A stretch of 64,000 nt of DNA from Microthyrium microscopicum (taxonomy: Eukaryota). This document shows, one piece after another, positions 49,642 to 61,261 of the stretch. The notes beneath the pieces were generated by a model. It had not been told where the DNA came from, ran no database searches, and saw nothing but the letters and a program-made list of their open reading frames with translations. Numbering within the stretch: position 1 is the first letter of the stretch; each line of letters starts with the position of its first letter. The translations under genes were made by a program, and so were the position numbers. The DNA is taken from positions 1,995,530-2,059,529 of the forward strand of contig MU004238.1 of the NCBI GenBank assembly GCA_010405405.1. Direction: 5' to 3'.

Positions 49642-51687
49642 TTATTTGCGTTTGCGCCCCTTACTTCCTTGAGCCACTCCAGTAGCTTTGGCCTCGGTTT
49701 CCTTCTCTGCTTTTTTGATATCGTCTACAGGGAGAGCTTTGACTTCTCCTTCGGCACCAGCCGATGGAGCGGCCGCAAGAGGTTTGCTGGCAGATTTGCC
49801 CTCATCTTGCTCCTCGTCGTCGCCACCTTGACCGAATTCATTGACGCGAGTGTGATCAACCTTGTAAGCCCACATCTGATACAGATAGACGAAAAAGATC
49901 ACGTCGTCGCGCAGGGTGGCGAGGCGATGGAGCATTGGCATCTTGATCGTGAAGGCAAATAGATCATCGATGAAAGTGTTGAGAAACTTATACATCATAG
50001 CTCTGCCTGGCATATGTGCTACTGACTTGAGGCGGTAGTTGATGTAGAGGGAAGGAACCATCATCAAGAAGCCGTAAGCGTAGACAGACCCTACAAGAGT
50101 TGTGATGATGAAGCTGTACCAAGATTTGTGACTGTCGTAAATCACACTATATACCGCATACGCCAGCAGTAGTGGAACCGCAACAATATAGAGATACTTG
50201 AAAGCAATCTGGTCGTATTCCTGGGTCTTCTTTTCAGTATCAGAAAGTTGATGCTTGTCTTCAAAGTGGATAGCGTATGGAATTAGGCTACCCGGGGCGC
50301 TGGGGCGAATGCGCACGTTGACAGTCTTGGTGATTTTCCATGCTTCGATCGCAATTCCCATTCCCTGACCAAACAGGATCATCCAAGAGGTGTTCTCATT
50401 GTTATCCATAAGATAGAGGAAAATAATTGCTTGCATGACCACGTTTGCAAGGATTGATCGAAAGGACGTACCCACGTTATCTTTCTTATTACGCCAATGT
50501 GAGACGTCGCTTTTAAAAGCCAGCCCTTCAAAAATCATGTGAAAGATCGAGACCACACCGGTGATGGAGAGCAAATAGATGTTGCTATCGAGCAAAATGC
50601 GCTTGAAGTCTTCGAATTCGGCGCCGTCTTGACCAGGTCCCATTGATTCTCCCTGCGCCGCCTTTGCAGCGTTGATCTTCATGCCCTCGTCGATACTGGC
50701 CATAATGCTGAATTTCCAGTTCGCCATATTATTCAAGGTAATGTGTAATGGAAGAGTGGTAACAGTTTCGTTGAGTTCTGTCATGTGGTTTTTGAGTTGC
50801 CAGAATGTATTCACATACAAGATAGGATAGTACCATCCATTTTTGCCCGATTCGTCACGAGCGCCAGATCGTTCCAGCTGGACAAATGATCGAACTGCTG
50901 GGTGCATACTGGGATAGTCATGATTTGCAGCATCTGGAATGAAAGATAGAGTAAAGTTGGGATGGTAGTAAGAAGCAAATTGCGTCGCTTTGGGTGCTAT
51001 CTCTGCCTCTGCCGGCTCTGTATCGTTCTTGGCTTCGAGCAAATTTCGTGTCTTTCTCACCTTCTTCTTGGGAAGGTACTGAGTAAAATGCCGTACAAAG
51101 TAGTACGCTTTGGCTGGGTCGTATTTTGAGTCGCTCGGATCCAGCACGGCACCGGCTTGACCCACATAAACGTGAGCCCATATGGTTCCATTGTTACGTA
51201 TTTCTTTTGGAACTGGAAAACTAGTGTCGATTTCGCGCTTCTCTTTCCAGGCGCCATAGCCGAAAGCTTTCTCCTCAACAACCAAAGAATCTTTGGGGGC
51301 TTTCGACAAAGGCGGCATGATCAAGGAACCAGACACATAGATGCTGACGTCCAATGCCTGATCCGCAGTCCAAATAGGCGCGATGTTTTGAGGAATATCG
51401 GCGTATTCGATTTCGGGCGCGAAGGATTGGGGGCGGTCATTGAACGAGGGGATGGCACTAGGCGCGGTGCCACTAGAGACAGCAGTCTGGCCACCTCCAG
51501 TAAATTGTTTCATGGCGAATTGAATAAGAAAGAAAATGGCGATGCTCTGGGCTATGCTTTTCAGCATACTCGACTGCATCATGTTAGTGACGACGCGATT
51601 GTCCACGGGTAGATTATTTACATTGCCTTGTTCCTCCGGAGCGCGAGCGCCTTGCGCTGGGGCAGCAGCCCGCTGTCGTTCGGGCAT
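49642..51687 (-). CDS. CLPTM1: CLPTM1 family membrane protein (lipid scramblase-like)
   Basis: Motifs YYPILYVNTFWQL, HMIFEGLAFKSDVSHW and YINYRLKSVAHMPGRAMMYKFLNTFIDDLFAF. ATG at 51687 and an in-frame 48-nt intron at 51621-51574. Confidence 0.92.
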   Translation of the reverse strand: MPERQRAAAPAQGARAPEEQGNVNNLPVDNRVVTNMMQSSMLKSIAQSIAIFFLIQFAMKQFTGGGQTAVSSGTAPSAIPSFNDRPQSFAPEIEYADIPQNIAPIWTADQALDVSIYVSGSLIMPPLSKAPKDSLVVEEKAFGYGAWKEKREIDTSFPVPKEIRNNGTIWAHVYVGQAGAVLDPSDSKYDPAKAYYFVRHFTQYLPKKKVRKTRNLLEAKNDTEPAEAEIAPKATQFASYYHPNFTLSFIPDAANHDYPSMHPAVRSFVQLERSGARDESGKNGWYYPILYVNTFWQLKNHMTELNETVTTLPLHITLNNMANWKFSIMASIDEGMKINAAKAAQGESMGPGQDGAEFEDFKRILLDSNIYLLSITGVVSIFHMIFEGLAFKSDVSHWRNKKDNVGTSFRSILANVVMQAIIFLYLMDNNENTSWMILFGQGMGIAIEAWKITKTVNVRIRPSAPGSLIPYAIHFEDKHQLSDTEKKTQEYDQIAFKYLYIVAVPLLLAYAVYSVIYDSHKSWYSFIITTLVGSVYAYGFLMMVPSLYINYRLKSVAHMPGRAMMYKFLNTFIDDLFAFTIKMPMLHRLATLRDDVIFFVYLYQMWAYKVDHTRVNEFGQGGDDEEQDEGKSASKPLAAAPSAGAEGEVKALPVDDIKKAEKETEAKATGVAQGSKGRKRK

Positions 51688-52589
51688 ACTGTCAAGATGG
51701 GATGAAAAGGAGTAGTAGAGGAAGAGGTTGGAGAAGTTGACCAAGTCCAGGCGTGAATGGCGAAACAACCGAAAACGTGGGTCGCGGATCAAGATCAAGA
51801 TGGCGGAGATAAGATAAGAATTGCCTATTTCTGTGCTGACTAACCTTCGCGATATATTGGACCGTCTGCCTTGTACTAGTTGAGACTCTGACAACGCGCT
51901 CGCATCTAACCTCCAAATCCTTTAACGGAGATGGACATAAGCCATCCAAAGTTCCAAGCCAAGTTCACCTTAAAACTGGAAGACCTGGAGGCTGGCCTCT
52001 GTATTTTCAGCTGACTTCACTGAGGCGGGCCGTTCACTGGTGCCACAGTACCAACTTCGCCACAGTCAGTCACTTTCAAACATTTATCCCCCTTTGGCTA
52101 CATAGTGCTCCCAAATGTTCCTTTTATAAACACTAAAACCCCAACTTCCTGTCCTTTCCCTGTTAATACTCCAACACCCTCCTACAACCTATACTTATAT
52201 TTCTCTGCCTATTTCGCCCCCATCTCTTGTCACCAATAACTGCAAGTCTGACTGGTTTCTACTCTCATCTACAGCCTTCGACGCCTATCGCCACGCGTCC
52301 TCCTGCCTGGTATCCTCTCTGTCCAGCATTGATACATCAACTTGCTCATCGTGGAAGCGGGCTTTCACCACCTAGGTCCCATCCTTCTCATCTCTCTTCA
52401 ACCAATCTTTAAAAGCCAAGTTCTTGGCAATAAATTGTGGTAGCCCATCTGCATCTGATCATCAGCCTTCCAACATATTGCTTGGCACAACCATCATCAA
52501 TTCCACTTAGCCTACCTGGCATCTACCAACACCGATTATTTAAATTTGCATGGTATAGCCAATATTCTGACACAAAGTCAGTCCGCAAC

Positions 52590-55500
52590 ATGGATTTCTC
52601 ACGACTTCGGGAACAAACCATCGGTTCAGATGTTGATGAGGAAGCCGTCACTGTCAATACTCGTGCACTCATTGACAAAGTTCTTGCACGATATTCCGGA
52701 GACTGGACCACTCTACGCGAGCTAATTCAGAACGCCGCTGATGCTTCGGCTTCAAAAGTCAAGATAAAGTTTGAGACTTTTCCCTCGAAAAATGTCCCTA
52801 CCCCATCCCAAGGCAGCACCAAGTCGACGTGGCTTAGTCATATCATTTCTCACCATACCTTACAGCGCTTGACTGTTTCTAACAATGGCCAACCTTTCGG
52901 AAAGAATGATTGGGATCGACTTCGGCGGATTGCAGAAGGAAATCCTGATGAAACAAAAATCGGTGCATTTGGTGTCGGGTTCTACAGCGTCTTTGCAGAT
53001 TGCGAGGAACCATTTGTCGTCTCCGGCTCCAAAACAATGGCATTTTTGTGGCGAGGTAACAGCCTGTATACCAAATCGAGTACCATCCCAGCCGACCAGC
53101 TTTCGCAAGATACAACTTTTGTCTTGAATTATCGTAATACGACTACCCCTCTTCCAGCTCTGCTCTCGGTATGCCAGTTCCTGACGACTAGCTTGACTTT
53201 CGTCGGTCTACAGGATATTGAATTATGGATTGATGACTGGAAGATCTTGAGTCTCCAAAAGAAGTCAGCGCCTGGAATCCAGGCCCCGATTCCTCCTGGA
53301 TTGAAGACTACCACCAATGAAGGGCTGATGAAGATTACTGGTCTTACGAATCAAGCGACACAAATTGATGCCACATGGCTGAATATTGTTGGCAAGCCGA
53401 ACCCTCAGATATCGTCTCAGACTACTGAGGAAGCCGAGGATGTGCCAGTTCTCATTCTCAAGAGCTTCTTTTCCAGAGTCACCAAATCTTTGACTCATAA
53501 TTCAGCTGCAAACAAGGCCGCTAGAGAAGCGGAAGCTGCTAAAGATCGAGAGCTTTCTGATAACCTACATCTAGAATCGAAAGCGACTGTCTTTCTTCGT
53601 ATAAGCACAGTCAATATCCAAACTTCGGTTTCCAAGACTTTCGCAGCTGAATTGGAACGCGCGACAAAGAAGCCTCCACCGAAAACCACTCGAATTGCTA
53701 TTCTCACTGCCTCCAAAGACGAAACTTCCGCGTCATTAACATCATCATCCGGATTGACTATGAACAAAGCCGAAGAGATATTTGATTCAGTTCTGCCCAA
53801 CAAGCATGGTCGAATTTTCATCGGATTTCCTACTGCTCAAACTACTGGCTTGCTATGCCATATATCAGCTCCGTCGATCATTCCTACCGTGGAGCGAGAA
53901 AATATTGACTTGAACGCTCGATATGTCAAGACGTGGAACGCCGAAATGCTTCGCGTAGCCGGTATTGCCTGTCGCATTGCCTATTCGGAGGCCTTTTCGG
54001 ACATGAAGAAAGATTTACTCGCTGCCTTGAAAACAGCCCATCGAACTGTCCCAAAAATGGACGATATCGCACCCTTCATTCCTCATGCTAGTCATATCTT
54101 CTCCCAGTATACCTCCAAAGAATCCACGCCGTCATCCCTAGTTGGTTCTATCATCCATCAAGCCTTCTGGGATTCGTCACAAGCGTCTATGGATGTTCTG
54201 TCTACCAAGGGTGTATTAGCAAGCAACCAAGTCCGACTTGTTGCCGAACCACCGACTTTCTTGGAGAACATTCCGATCATACCATCAGATTTAGCTAAGG
54301 GCTCTGAAGAATTCATCCGTGTACTCTATGATCGAAGAATGATCACAGACATGACGGTTGTTGATGTTCGTAAAGAGCTGGAAGCACAATCATTGACAGA
54401 GGAACAGCTCATAGAGTTCCTCAAGTATCTCGCCCTTCAGGCTTCTACAAATGCCATGGAAATCACTATAGTACAGTCACTTCTTAATGCAGCTGTGGGC
54501 GCAGTGGCGGAAGGTTCTGATAAAGGGAAGTTGATTGCTTTGTCGGAAATCAAGAACTTTGTCTCCAAGGGTAGAATCCCACCAGATATGCCTACACCTC
54601 CTTCGACAATTCCTCATCATCTCACCAAGGACATCAAAGTAAAGGACCTGGAGCGTTTCAACTGGGAAGAACTGCAGATTCTGCCTTGGGTTCAATGGCT
54701 TCTGATTGCTCCAAATACCTACGAACTCACTGCGGAGCAGGATATGACGAAGTCCCCACAATTTGCAAACAGTGTGCTTAGTTTGGTATCGAGATTATGG
54801 GATCAGATGAGTCAACCTCACAAGGCCACACTGATTCAATGCCTGGCGAACAAATCGATTATGCCTACCAAGATGGGCATGCGCGTTCCATCAGAGGCAT
54901 ACTTTGACTCGGTCAAGCTCTTCGATGATCTGCCAATCGTTTCGACAACCAAAGTCAAGGACGCTGTACTTACTGCATTGGGCGTGCGGAAAACCATTGA
55001 ACTAAAACTAGTGTTCGAGCGATTGTTGCACAACAATGCTGATGGGGAAAACAAATGGAGCATCAAAGATCTCATTCAATACTTGGTTACGGTGGAAACT
55101 GAAATACCGAAAAAGGATATTGAGCTTCTCAAGACCACAGCAATCGCAAAGGTCGAGATCAATCACTCTCAAGAGAATAATCGACCCGCAGGGCTGGTGC
55201 CTTTGCATCGACTGTATGCGCCATTGGACGCCAATCGAAATCTTGGGCTGCCTGTCTTATTATGGCAAGGACATTTTGCTCCCATGAGTCGAGAAGGACG
55301 CTTTATGAAGCAACTTGGTCTGAAAACTCATCCTCAAGCGTCCGATGTTATTGACATCATGGTCGCTGCTGCCAAGAGCAAGGATGAGCCTTTGTACAAC
55401 CGTGCTTTGAACTACTTCATTGAGAACTATGAAACCAACGGTTATCGTCTTATAGACAAACGTGCCTTCAATAATCGGCCATTCCTTCTCACTGAGGGTA

Positions 55501-57791
55501 AACAATTCCCGCATCTCTACAGTCCTGCAGCTTGTTTCTCAAACGAACAAGTTGCCATTCTTGGATATCCTGTTCTTCTCTGCAGCTATCGAGGAAATGC
55601 ATTCATGTTTGGCGTTGAATCGGACCCGCCTATGGCAAGCTGTGCAAACACGGTCATTGCAAATCCGCCAATCACTAAGAAGCAGGCCACTGATACCTTT
55701 TCATATCTTTCAACTCGTGTCGGCTCGATTGACAAGAGCCTGACAAAAATACTGGGAGACGCAAATATTGTTCCAATACACGGTGAAACCGGGCATGGTG
55801 CAGTTCGTATGACTTGTCCAAACCACTGCTACATCGGGGACAGCTCAACATATGCAGACATCTTGGATTTCGTGGACTTTGGACAAGCAGGCAATGCATT
55901 TCTGCTCCAGGTGGGCTCCAAACATGAGCCTACAACCAACGAACTAGCACGTAGGTTGAAGGATGAGGCTTCTCGCTTCTTGAACACGCTGGGGGAAACT
56001 AAATACGAGGAGCTTCTTTTCCGTCTAGCTCAGAGTGTCAACACTCTTCGAATTGACAAAGACTTGTGGAAAGCTCTGCGAGGCACTCCGTTTCTTTTGG
56101 CGTATCGGGAAAGCGTGCCAAACACCAAATCCAAAGACTCACGTGCCACTGTCTCTGGCAAAGAAGATTTTGAAGCAGAAGAGAAGATCCATCGCGAAGT
56201 CTCGTTGCGGCGACCTAGCGAGATTGTTATCCCGGACGCTCATCAAGAGAGCCGTTTATTCCGCGACAAGATTTTCACGTCTCCTGTCGATGATACTTTG
56301 GAAGCGTTCTATTCTGCTTTGGGCGCCCCTCTCCTATCGTCCCTTCTCGACAACGATGAACGAATCGGCACGATAAAACGCGATCAGAGCGAGGCGGAGG
56401 CAGTTAGAAACTTGCTGGTCGAACGCTCTCAGCTCTTCTTGCATGAGTACACTTCCGAAATCTTGCACAATGCCAAATGGCTAGAAAAGAACCTCGAAGT
56501 AGTGCTTACTGAGTCGCTGAGTCTAACGATCACTTTGCGAGGACATCGTGGTGCTTCGCATCAAGAGAAGAAAACTGCGATATTATCCAGTAAGCATCGG
56601 GGGCAAAAGCTGTTCATCACTCATCAACCAGATCTGTATGAGGTCAGCCGATGCATCGCACCGCTCCTATTGCGGCGCCAAAAACACCATGAAGTCCTCG
56701 CATTGGAGACGGTTTTAGCTTCTAATCTCAAGCGGTTACGCCAGAAGGGTTACAACGTGGATCGTATTCTTCGAAAACAAGCATACGAGACTCGAATTGC
56801 CGAGGAAGAGCATCGCAAGCGCCAGACTGCTCAAGCTGAAGATGAAGCAGCTCGCAAAAATACTGAAAAGCAACGCGTCAAAGACTTGGCTCCTCCCCCT
56901 TCCGCCCCTAGTGGTGATGCACCGCCGGGCTACACTGAATCTGCCGAGCCTCTTGAACCAGACACCCCCGTATCTAAAATGCCTGGCGGCTTCGAGGCAG
57001 ATTCGCCTCCTCAGTCAGCTAAACGGGGCAAGAACGTCTTTTCGCAAATCACCGATTGGAGCAAAAAGCTCAAGAAGAAGCCATCCGACGAGTCTTGGTC
57101 CGACGCCCAGACTGGCCAGCTCAATGCCCCAGCGACCGGCCCATCCGCCAACACTCCTGCTGTAGCAACTGGTCAACATGGCACTCACACTGGCACTGGT
57201 CCTGTCGACGCAGCCAGCGGCGAAAAGAACATCACCACCAACATCGACGCGGCTCTCAATAACGTCCGCCCATTCAATTCTAATGCCCTGTACTCGCCCG
57301 GCCAAGTCCGCGCCGTTGAGCAAGCCACCTCCGGAACCTACTGCGACACAACCTCCCAGCAAGACCTCACCGCTGGCGGTCGCACCAACAACGGAATCGC
57401 GGTCTTCGTTCACCGTACAATCGCCGGGCAACAACTAGACTGGCCTTCAATAAACCTCTTCTCCAAGCTGTTGTTGGAAGTCGCCAATGTGTTCAAGCTG
57501 CCGACAACCGGTCTCAATATCTTCCACGCGCCCAACTCAAACAGCATCGCGTTCAACGCAAGCGGATCACTATTCTTCAACCACCATTTCTTCCTGACTC
57601 TGCATCGGTCAACTATTGAAGAGAGTCGGACAGTAAAGGTGGATGCGATGGCGTATTGGTGGACTACAATGTGTCATGAGTTGGCGCATAATATTATGCA
57701 GGAGCATAATGTTGCGCACGGGTTCTATACGGAGAGTTTTATGAGTCGGACATTTGCGAGTATGATGGCGGCTGCGGAGCGGACGGAATAG
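52590..57791 (+). CDS. Large GHKL-ATPase (sacsin-like)/DUF3684 protein with C-terminal HExxH
   Basis: GHKL motifs LRELIQNAADA, VSNNGQPF and KIGAFGVGFYSVF. C-terminal HELAHNIMQEHNVAH. Likely ATG at 52590. Confidence 0.85.
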   Translation: MDFSRLREQTIGSDVDEEAVTVNTRALIDKVLARYSGDWTTLRELIQNAADASASKVKIKFETFPSKNVPTPSQGSTKSTWLSHIISHHTLQRLTVSNNGQPFGKNDWDRLRRIAEGNPDETKIGAFGVGFYSVFADCEEPFVVSGSKTMAFLWRGNSLYTKSSTIPADQLSQDTTFVLNYRNTTTPLPALLSVCQFLTTSLTFVGLQDIELWIDDWKILSLQKKSAPGIQAPIPPGLKTTTNEGLMKITGLTNQATQIDATWLNIVGKPNPQISSQTTEEAEDVPVLILKSFFSRVTKSLTHNSAANKAAREAEAAKDRELSDNLHLESKATVFLRISTVNIQTSVSKTFAAELERATKKPPPKTTRIAILTASKDETSASLTSSSGLTMNKAEEIFDSVLPNKHGRIFIGFPTAQTTGLLCHISAPSIIPTVERENIDLNARYVKTWNAEMLRVAGIACRIAYSEAFSDMKKDLLAALKTAHRTVPKMDDIAPFIPHASHIFSQYTSKESTPSSLVGSIIHQAFWDSSQASMDVLSTKGVLASNQVRLVAEPPTFLENIPIIPSDLAKGSEEFIRVLYDRRMITDMTVVDVRKELEAQSLTEEQLIEFLKYLALQASTNAMEITIVQSLLNAAVGAVAEGSDKGKLIALSEIKNFVSKGRIPPDMPTPPSTIPHHLTKDIKVKDLERFNWEELQILPWVQWLLIAPNTYELTAEQDMTKSPQFANSVLSLVSRLWDQMSQPHKATLIQCLANKSIMPTKMGMRVPSEAYFDSVKLFDDLPIVSTTKVKDAVLTALGVRKTIELKLVFERLLHNNADGENKWSIKDLIQYLVTVETEIPKKDIELLKTTAIAKVEINHSQENNRPAGLVPLHRLYAPLDANRNLGLPVLLWQGHFAPMSREGRFMKQLGLKTHPQASDVIDIMVAAAKSKDEPLYNRALNYFIENYETNGYRLIDKRAFNNRPFLLTEGKQFPHLYSPAACFSNEQVAILGYPVLLCSYRGNAFMFGVESDPPMASCANTVIANPPITKKQATDTFSYLSTRVGSIDKSLTKILGDANIVPIHGETGHGAVRMTCPNHCYIGDSSTYADILDFVDFGQAGNAFLLQVGSKHEPTTNELARRLKDEASRFLNTLGETKYEELLFRLAQSVNTLRIDKDLWKALRGTPFLLAYRESVPNTKSKDSRATVSGKEDFEAEEKIHREVSLRRPSEIVIPDAHQESRLFRDKIFTSPVDDTLEAFYSALGAPLLSSLLDNDERIGTIKRDQSEAEAVRNLLVERSQLFLHEYTSEILHNAKWLEKNLEVVLTESLSLTITLRGHRGASHQEKKTAILSSKHRGQKLFITHQPDLYEVSRCIAPLLLRRQKHHEVLALETVLASNLKRLRQKGYNVDRILRKQAYETRIAEEEHRKRQTAQAEDEAARKNTEKQRVKDLAPPPSAPSGDAPPGYTESAEPLEPDTPVSKMPGGFEADSPPQSAKRGKNVFSQITDWSKKLKKKPSDESWSDAQTGQLNAPATGPSANTPAVATGQHGTHTGTGPVDAASGEKNITTNIDAALNNVRPFNSNALYSPGQVRAVEQATSGTYCDTTSQQDLTAGGRTNNGIAVFVHRTIAGQQLDWPSINLFSKLLLEVANVFKLPTTGLNIFHAPNSNSIAFNASGSLFFNHHFFLTLHRSTIEESRTVKVDAMAYWWTTMCHELAHNIMQEHNVAHGFYTESFMSRTFASMMAAAERTE

Positions 57792-58160
57792 AAGTGTCGG
57801 GATGGCTGATTGTATGGAATTCTGGATTTTTGAGATTTGGTCGCTTGGATCCTGCACATAAGCATTGGCATTGTTTATAGCGTTTGATTTGGAAAGTATT
57901 AGATTTTGTGAATAGATTTTTGTTGTCCTGATTATTTCAGGTCAATACGAAGAATTGTAACTTTCTGTGGTACTAACGAAAGACCAAAATCAGTCGTTGG
58001 TCAGAATACCTTGATCAGCTACTATCACGTAATATGTTTGAAGAATAGAGCCAACGTTAAATACGTCTATTCTCGCAACCAGCTTCTACATGGCTACAGA
58101 CAAGATAGTATAACTGGCAGTCGAAGCTTGTGTGCGCGTGCACAATATGTCTAGTCCGCT

Positions 58161-58194
58161 CTCTGTTATTGGCTAAATTCACCATCAGGCTGAG
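58161..58194 (+). promoter_or_regulatory. Conserved upstream element of F-box/ankyrin copy 1
   Basis: CTCTG(TT)ATTGG..TCACCATCAGGCTGAG. The 16-bp core is identical at 60937-60952. Confidence 0.5.
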
Positions 58195-58668
58195 CTCTCC
58201 ATAAGGCCATCGAAATCAATGCCACAAAGCTTTCTGGAAGTTATAAACAAGAATACATATATGTGTCCGCCTAATATCTTTGGCTCAGTTTCGCTGAATT
58301 GAAATTGAATCCTACTCTCAGCTTTTCATTCATCGTTTATCAATCTTGGCAGTTTTAAGGAGCCGCAATTGGCCACTAGGGGTTGCTGTTGCTCAATGCG
58401 GAAATGCATGTGGCCCTCAGAATCTTAACAGTGTGAAGCTCGGATAAATTCGTTGTTCACCTCGCTGCTTCTGCCATAGCTCCTTCTTATTGACCAGACT
58501 CCAACCACAATCTAGTGACAGCGCTTGGCCACCAAGACCACAACCAAAATTCTCGCTCACCAGTTCATCCTACAACCCACTCCGTCTCGCATCCAAGCAA
58601 ATTATCTCTCCTCTTTGATCCATAACTTCATCAACACTTCTAAATTAGCTCAAAGAACATCCGCAACC

Positions 58669-60340
58669 ATGGAATTCGAATTCCTGCCTACCGAAATCAA
58701 GCACATGATCTTTGTGCAGGCTGCTGAATCTCGAGGTCTGAAGCGCGCCCTCAGACTGAGACTGGTCTGCAGTACGTGATAAATCTTCGCTCTATCCACC
58801 CCCAGGATGTTTTTGAAAAGGCTGACATCGTACCAGAAACTTGGGCAAACCAAGTCTCAACCGCTATAGCTAATAGCAATTTACTCCGCGAGACCCTTAG
58901 CGAATTATCACTACAACCTGCTCCTCATTGGGACTTCGAGAATATTGGCAGTCCAGGTGCTAAGCCATTGCTAACACAGTATCTCTGCCACCTGGTGAAC
59001 AAATCGAGAGCCACGAAGGGCGCCACGAAAAGTATTCGTCAGACTTTAGATAGGCTCTGTCTCAGGGCAAACGTGGACCAAGATGACATTGTAGGTTACC
59101 TTCCAGCAGATGGTGGGCATTATTGCAAATCGTGCGGCAACGGGAGTCTTCATACCCATTTCTGACTCTCTCATCCTAGGCAACGCGTCGAATCTATCTG
59201 GAGGCACTCTGCGAAGCTTGTGTCTCAGATGACTTCGATTTGAACCCTGTGGAAAAAACAATGCGGATTGTGGATGTGTTTCTCGGCACCAGCGAGCTTC
59301 ACGAGACCGACTTACAGAAGGACTGTAACGTCATTATCGCCGCTGCTCATTGCAACCTGCCCTCTATTGTCAAGGAAATGGCTCAGTCAACGTTCGGCCA
59401 ACTCAATCGCCTACCTTATAGCCACATTTTCGGACCGGCATACTCCACTGCAGCCAAAAAGGCGTATACTCAAGTTTTGGACGCTCTTTTCGATGGCATG
59501 AAATACTTGAATGATGATCCACCATCGCCACGAGGAGATGTTCTTCACTGGCATGGATCGGGGCGAAGATTGTCTTCTCCCACTGCTCTCGAATTGGACT
59601 TGGATTGTACTATGCGTTTGGCAGCACACGCTGGCAACTTCGATTTGGTTCGAACCTTACTGACAAATCGGTGGTCTCTGGCCGTCCCAGACGATGCTAA
59701 ACACTTCGACGATGGCCATGCTACTCGTCTCGCATTTGAGACGCCGAACGTGGAGCTTTTCTGCTGGAACGAAAAATTCTTCATTTCTGAGACTAAGCCT
59801 CCTCAAGAACGGTTATGTCAAGAAGAGATCCCATGGCAGAAAGGACACACTCTACATCTGGCTCTTGTCAATAACTGGGTTGCAATGGCGTGCTTCCTCA
59901 TTGAGAGTGGCGTTGCTCCTCTCCCATGCCAAATATACCCTGCATGGCTGAAGGCTTGCAGAGCTGGCCACAAAGAACTGGCCCAGGTCCTCCTGAAATC
60001 TTGTTCTGTGGGTCAACCTGTCCGCGGTCGCAGACGTTGCGCAGCGGGTAAAGCATTAACACCATTGGAGAGAGCAGCTGCTGGCGGTCATTTTGACATT
60101 GTTCAAATGTTAGTCGAAAAGAAGGACTTTCTGAAACTAGACGTGAACAATGGAACCACGCCGCCACTTCACTTCGCAGTTGAGCTCGAGCATGTTCGAA
60201 TGGTCCGATATCTTCTAGACCATGGAGCCAACTTTGACGACTTAGATGTAACACCTAAGCTGGTGGCACGACTGAAAGAGCAAGGCTTGACATCGATGTT
60301 AGACTTGTTGGTTCAAGAAGGGGTCGAAGTGAGCTTGTAG
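58669..60340 (+). CDS. F-box-like plus ankyrin-repeat protein, copy 1 (3 exons)
   Basis: Starts MEFEFLPTEIKHMIF..RGLKRALRLRLVC. Introns 58772-58836 and 59091-59179. Ankyrin repeats TPLERAAAGGHFDIVQMLVE and PLHFAVELEHVRMVRYLLDHGAN. Confidence 0.85.
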
Positions 60341-60920
60341 TTCTGTGAGAACGCTTCTTGCAAGAATCGAATTGTAATTATATAGCATCAGCCTCAATTC
60401 AAGCGTCCTTGACGGTTCAATATTATCTGAGCACCCAACGGGTGAATAGATAGATAGCATGCTCGTATCGACTGTGTTGTCTGCTAACGAATCTTATGGA
60501 GAGCATAGTCTCTATTTCGCGCCTGAATCCCATCGAATCCCATCTAATTCGATAAATCATAGCTTTGTCCACATACTCGATGGGATACAAAGTATTCGAG
60601 ATTGGAGGGTAGCGATCAACGGCTTGAAGAATCAAAAGGCGAATTCCTATCTGCTCTGAAGGTCGCCAACAACGCTGTAAAGACAAGACAAGCTACATTG
60701 CCCATGGCCATAGATAAATCACCCAAGTTTGCACGCCCTTGATGGCAAATAAAGCACCGGACGATGGAGCGTAGCGTCTAGCAGCCAACGAGGCGATGAG
60801 ACCGCGCCATTTATTTTACCGACTCGTTGCGTATCAATGGATAGCATAGAGGCTGATAGTGGGCACATCATATATTGCCCATAGACTTTGGAAGGACGGC
60901 ACCCATCATTTATTCAACAC

Positions 60921-60952
60921 CTCTGATTGGCCGAGATCACCATCAGGCTGAG
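60921..60952 (+). promoter_or_regulatory. Conserved upstream element of F-box/ankyrin copy 2
   Basis: CTCTGATTGGCCGAGATCACCATCAGGCTGAG matches 58161-58194. Confidence 0.5.
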
Positions 60953-61261
60953 AATCCACGCCGCAGTGCGACTACAAGAACAACCAGGTGGAGATACTTG
61001 GAATCGATACACCTGTTCATCTGTGGAAATACTAAATTCCAGAATGGCCATGAGGCATTTGTTGAGTGATTGATAACCTTGATACTGATTGCACAAACTC
61101 ATTGTCCATTCTTTGGTTCCGACAGACACATGTGGTACAGTTGCCTGAAATTTATATCCCCCGCACTTCAGCTCCCTATCGCACCAACCTTACTGCACGC
61201 AGCCTTGATACGACGTTGAATCCCATACTCGGCTCTCTGAAGTCGCCAAAATCGCTTAAAA

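Noticed and set aside
51688..52589. N-terminal extensions of the CLPTM1 and DUF3684 ORFs in the track
   Set aside because: They start at non-ATG codons and read like UTR sequence. Conserved sequence begins at ATG 51687 and ATG 52590.
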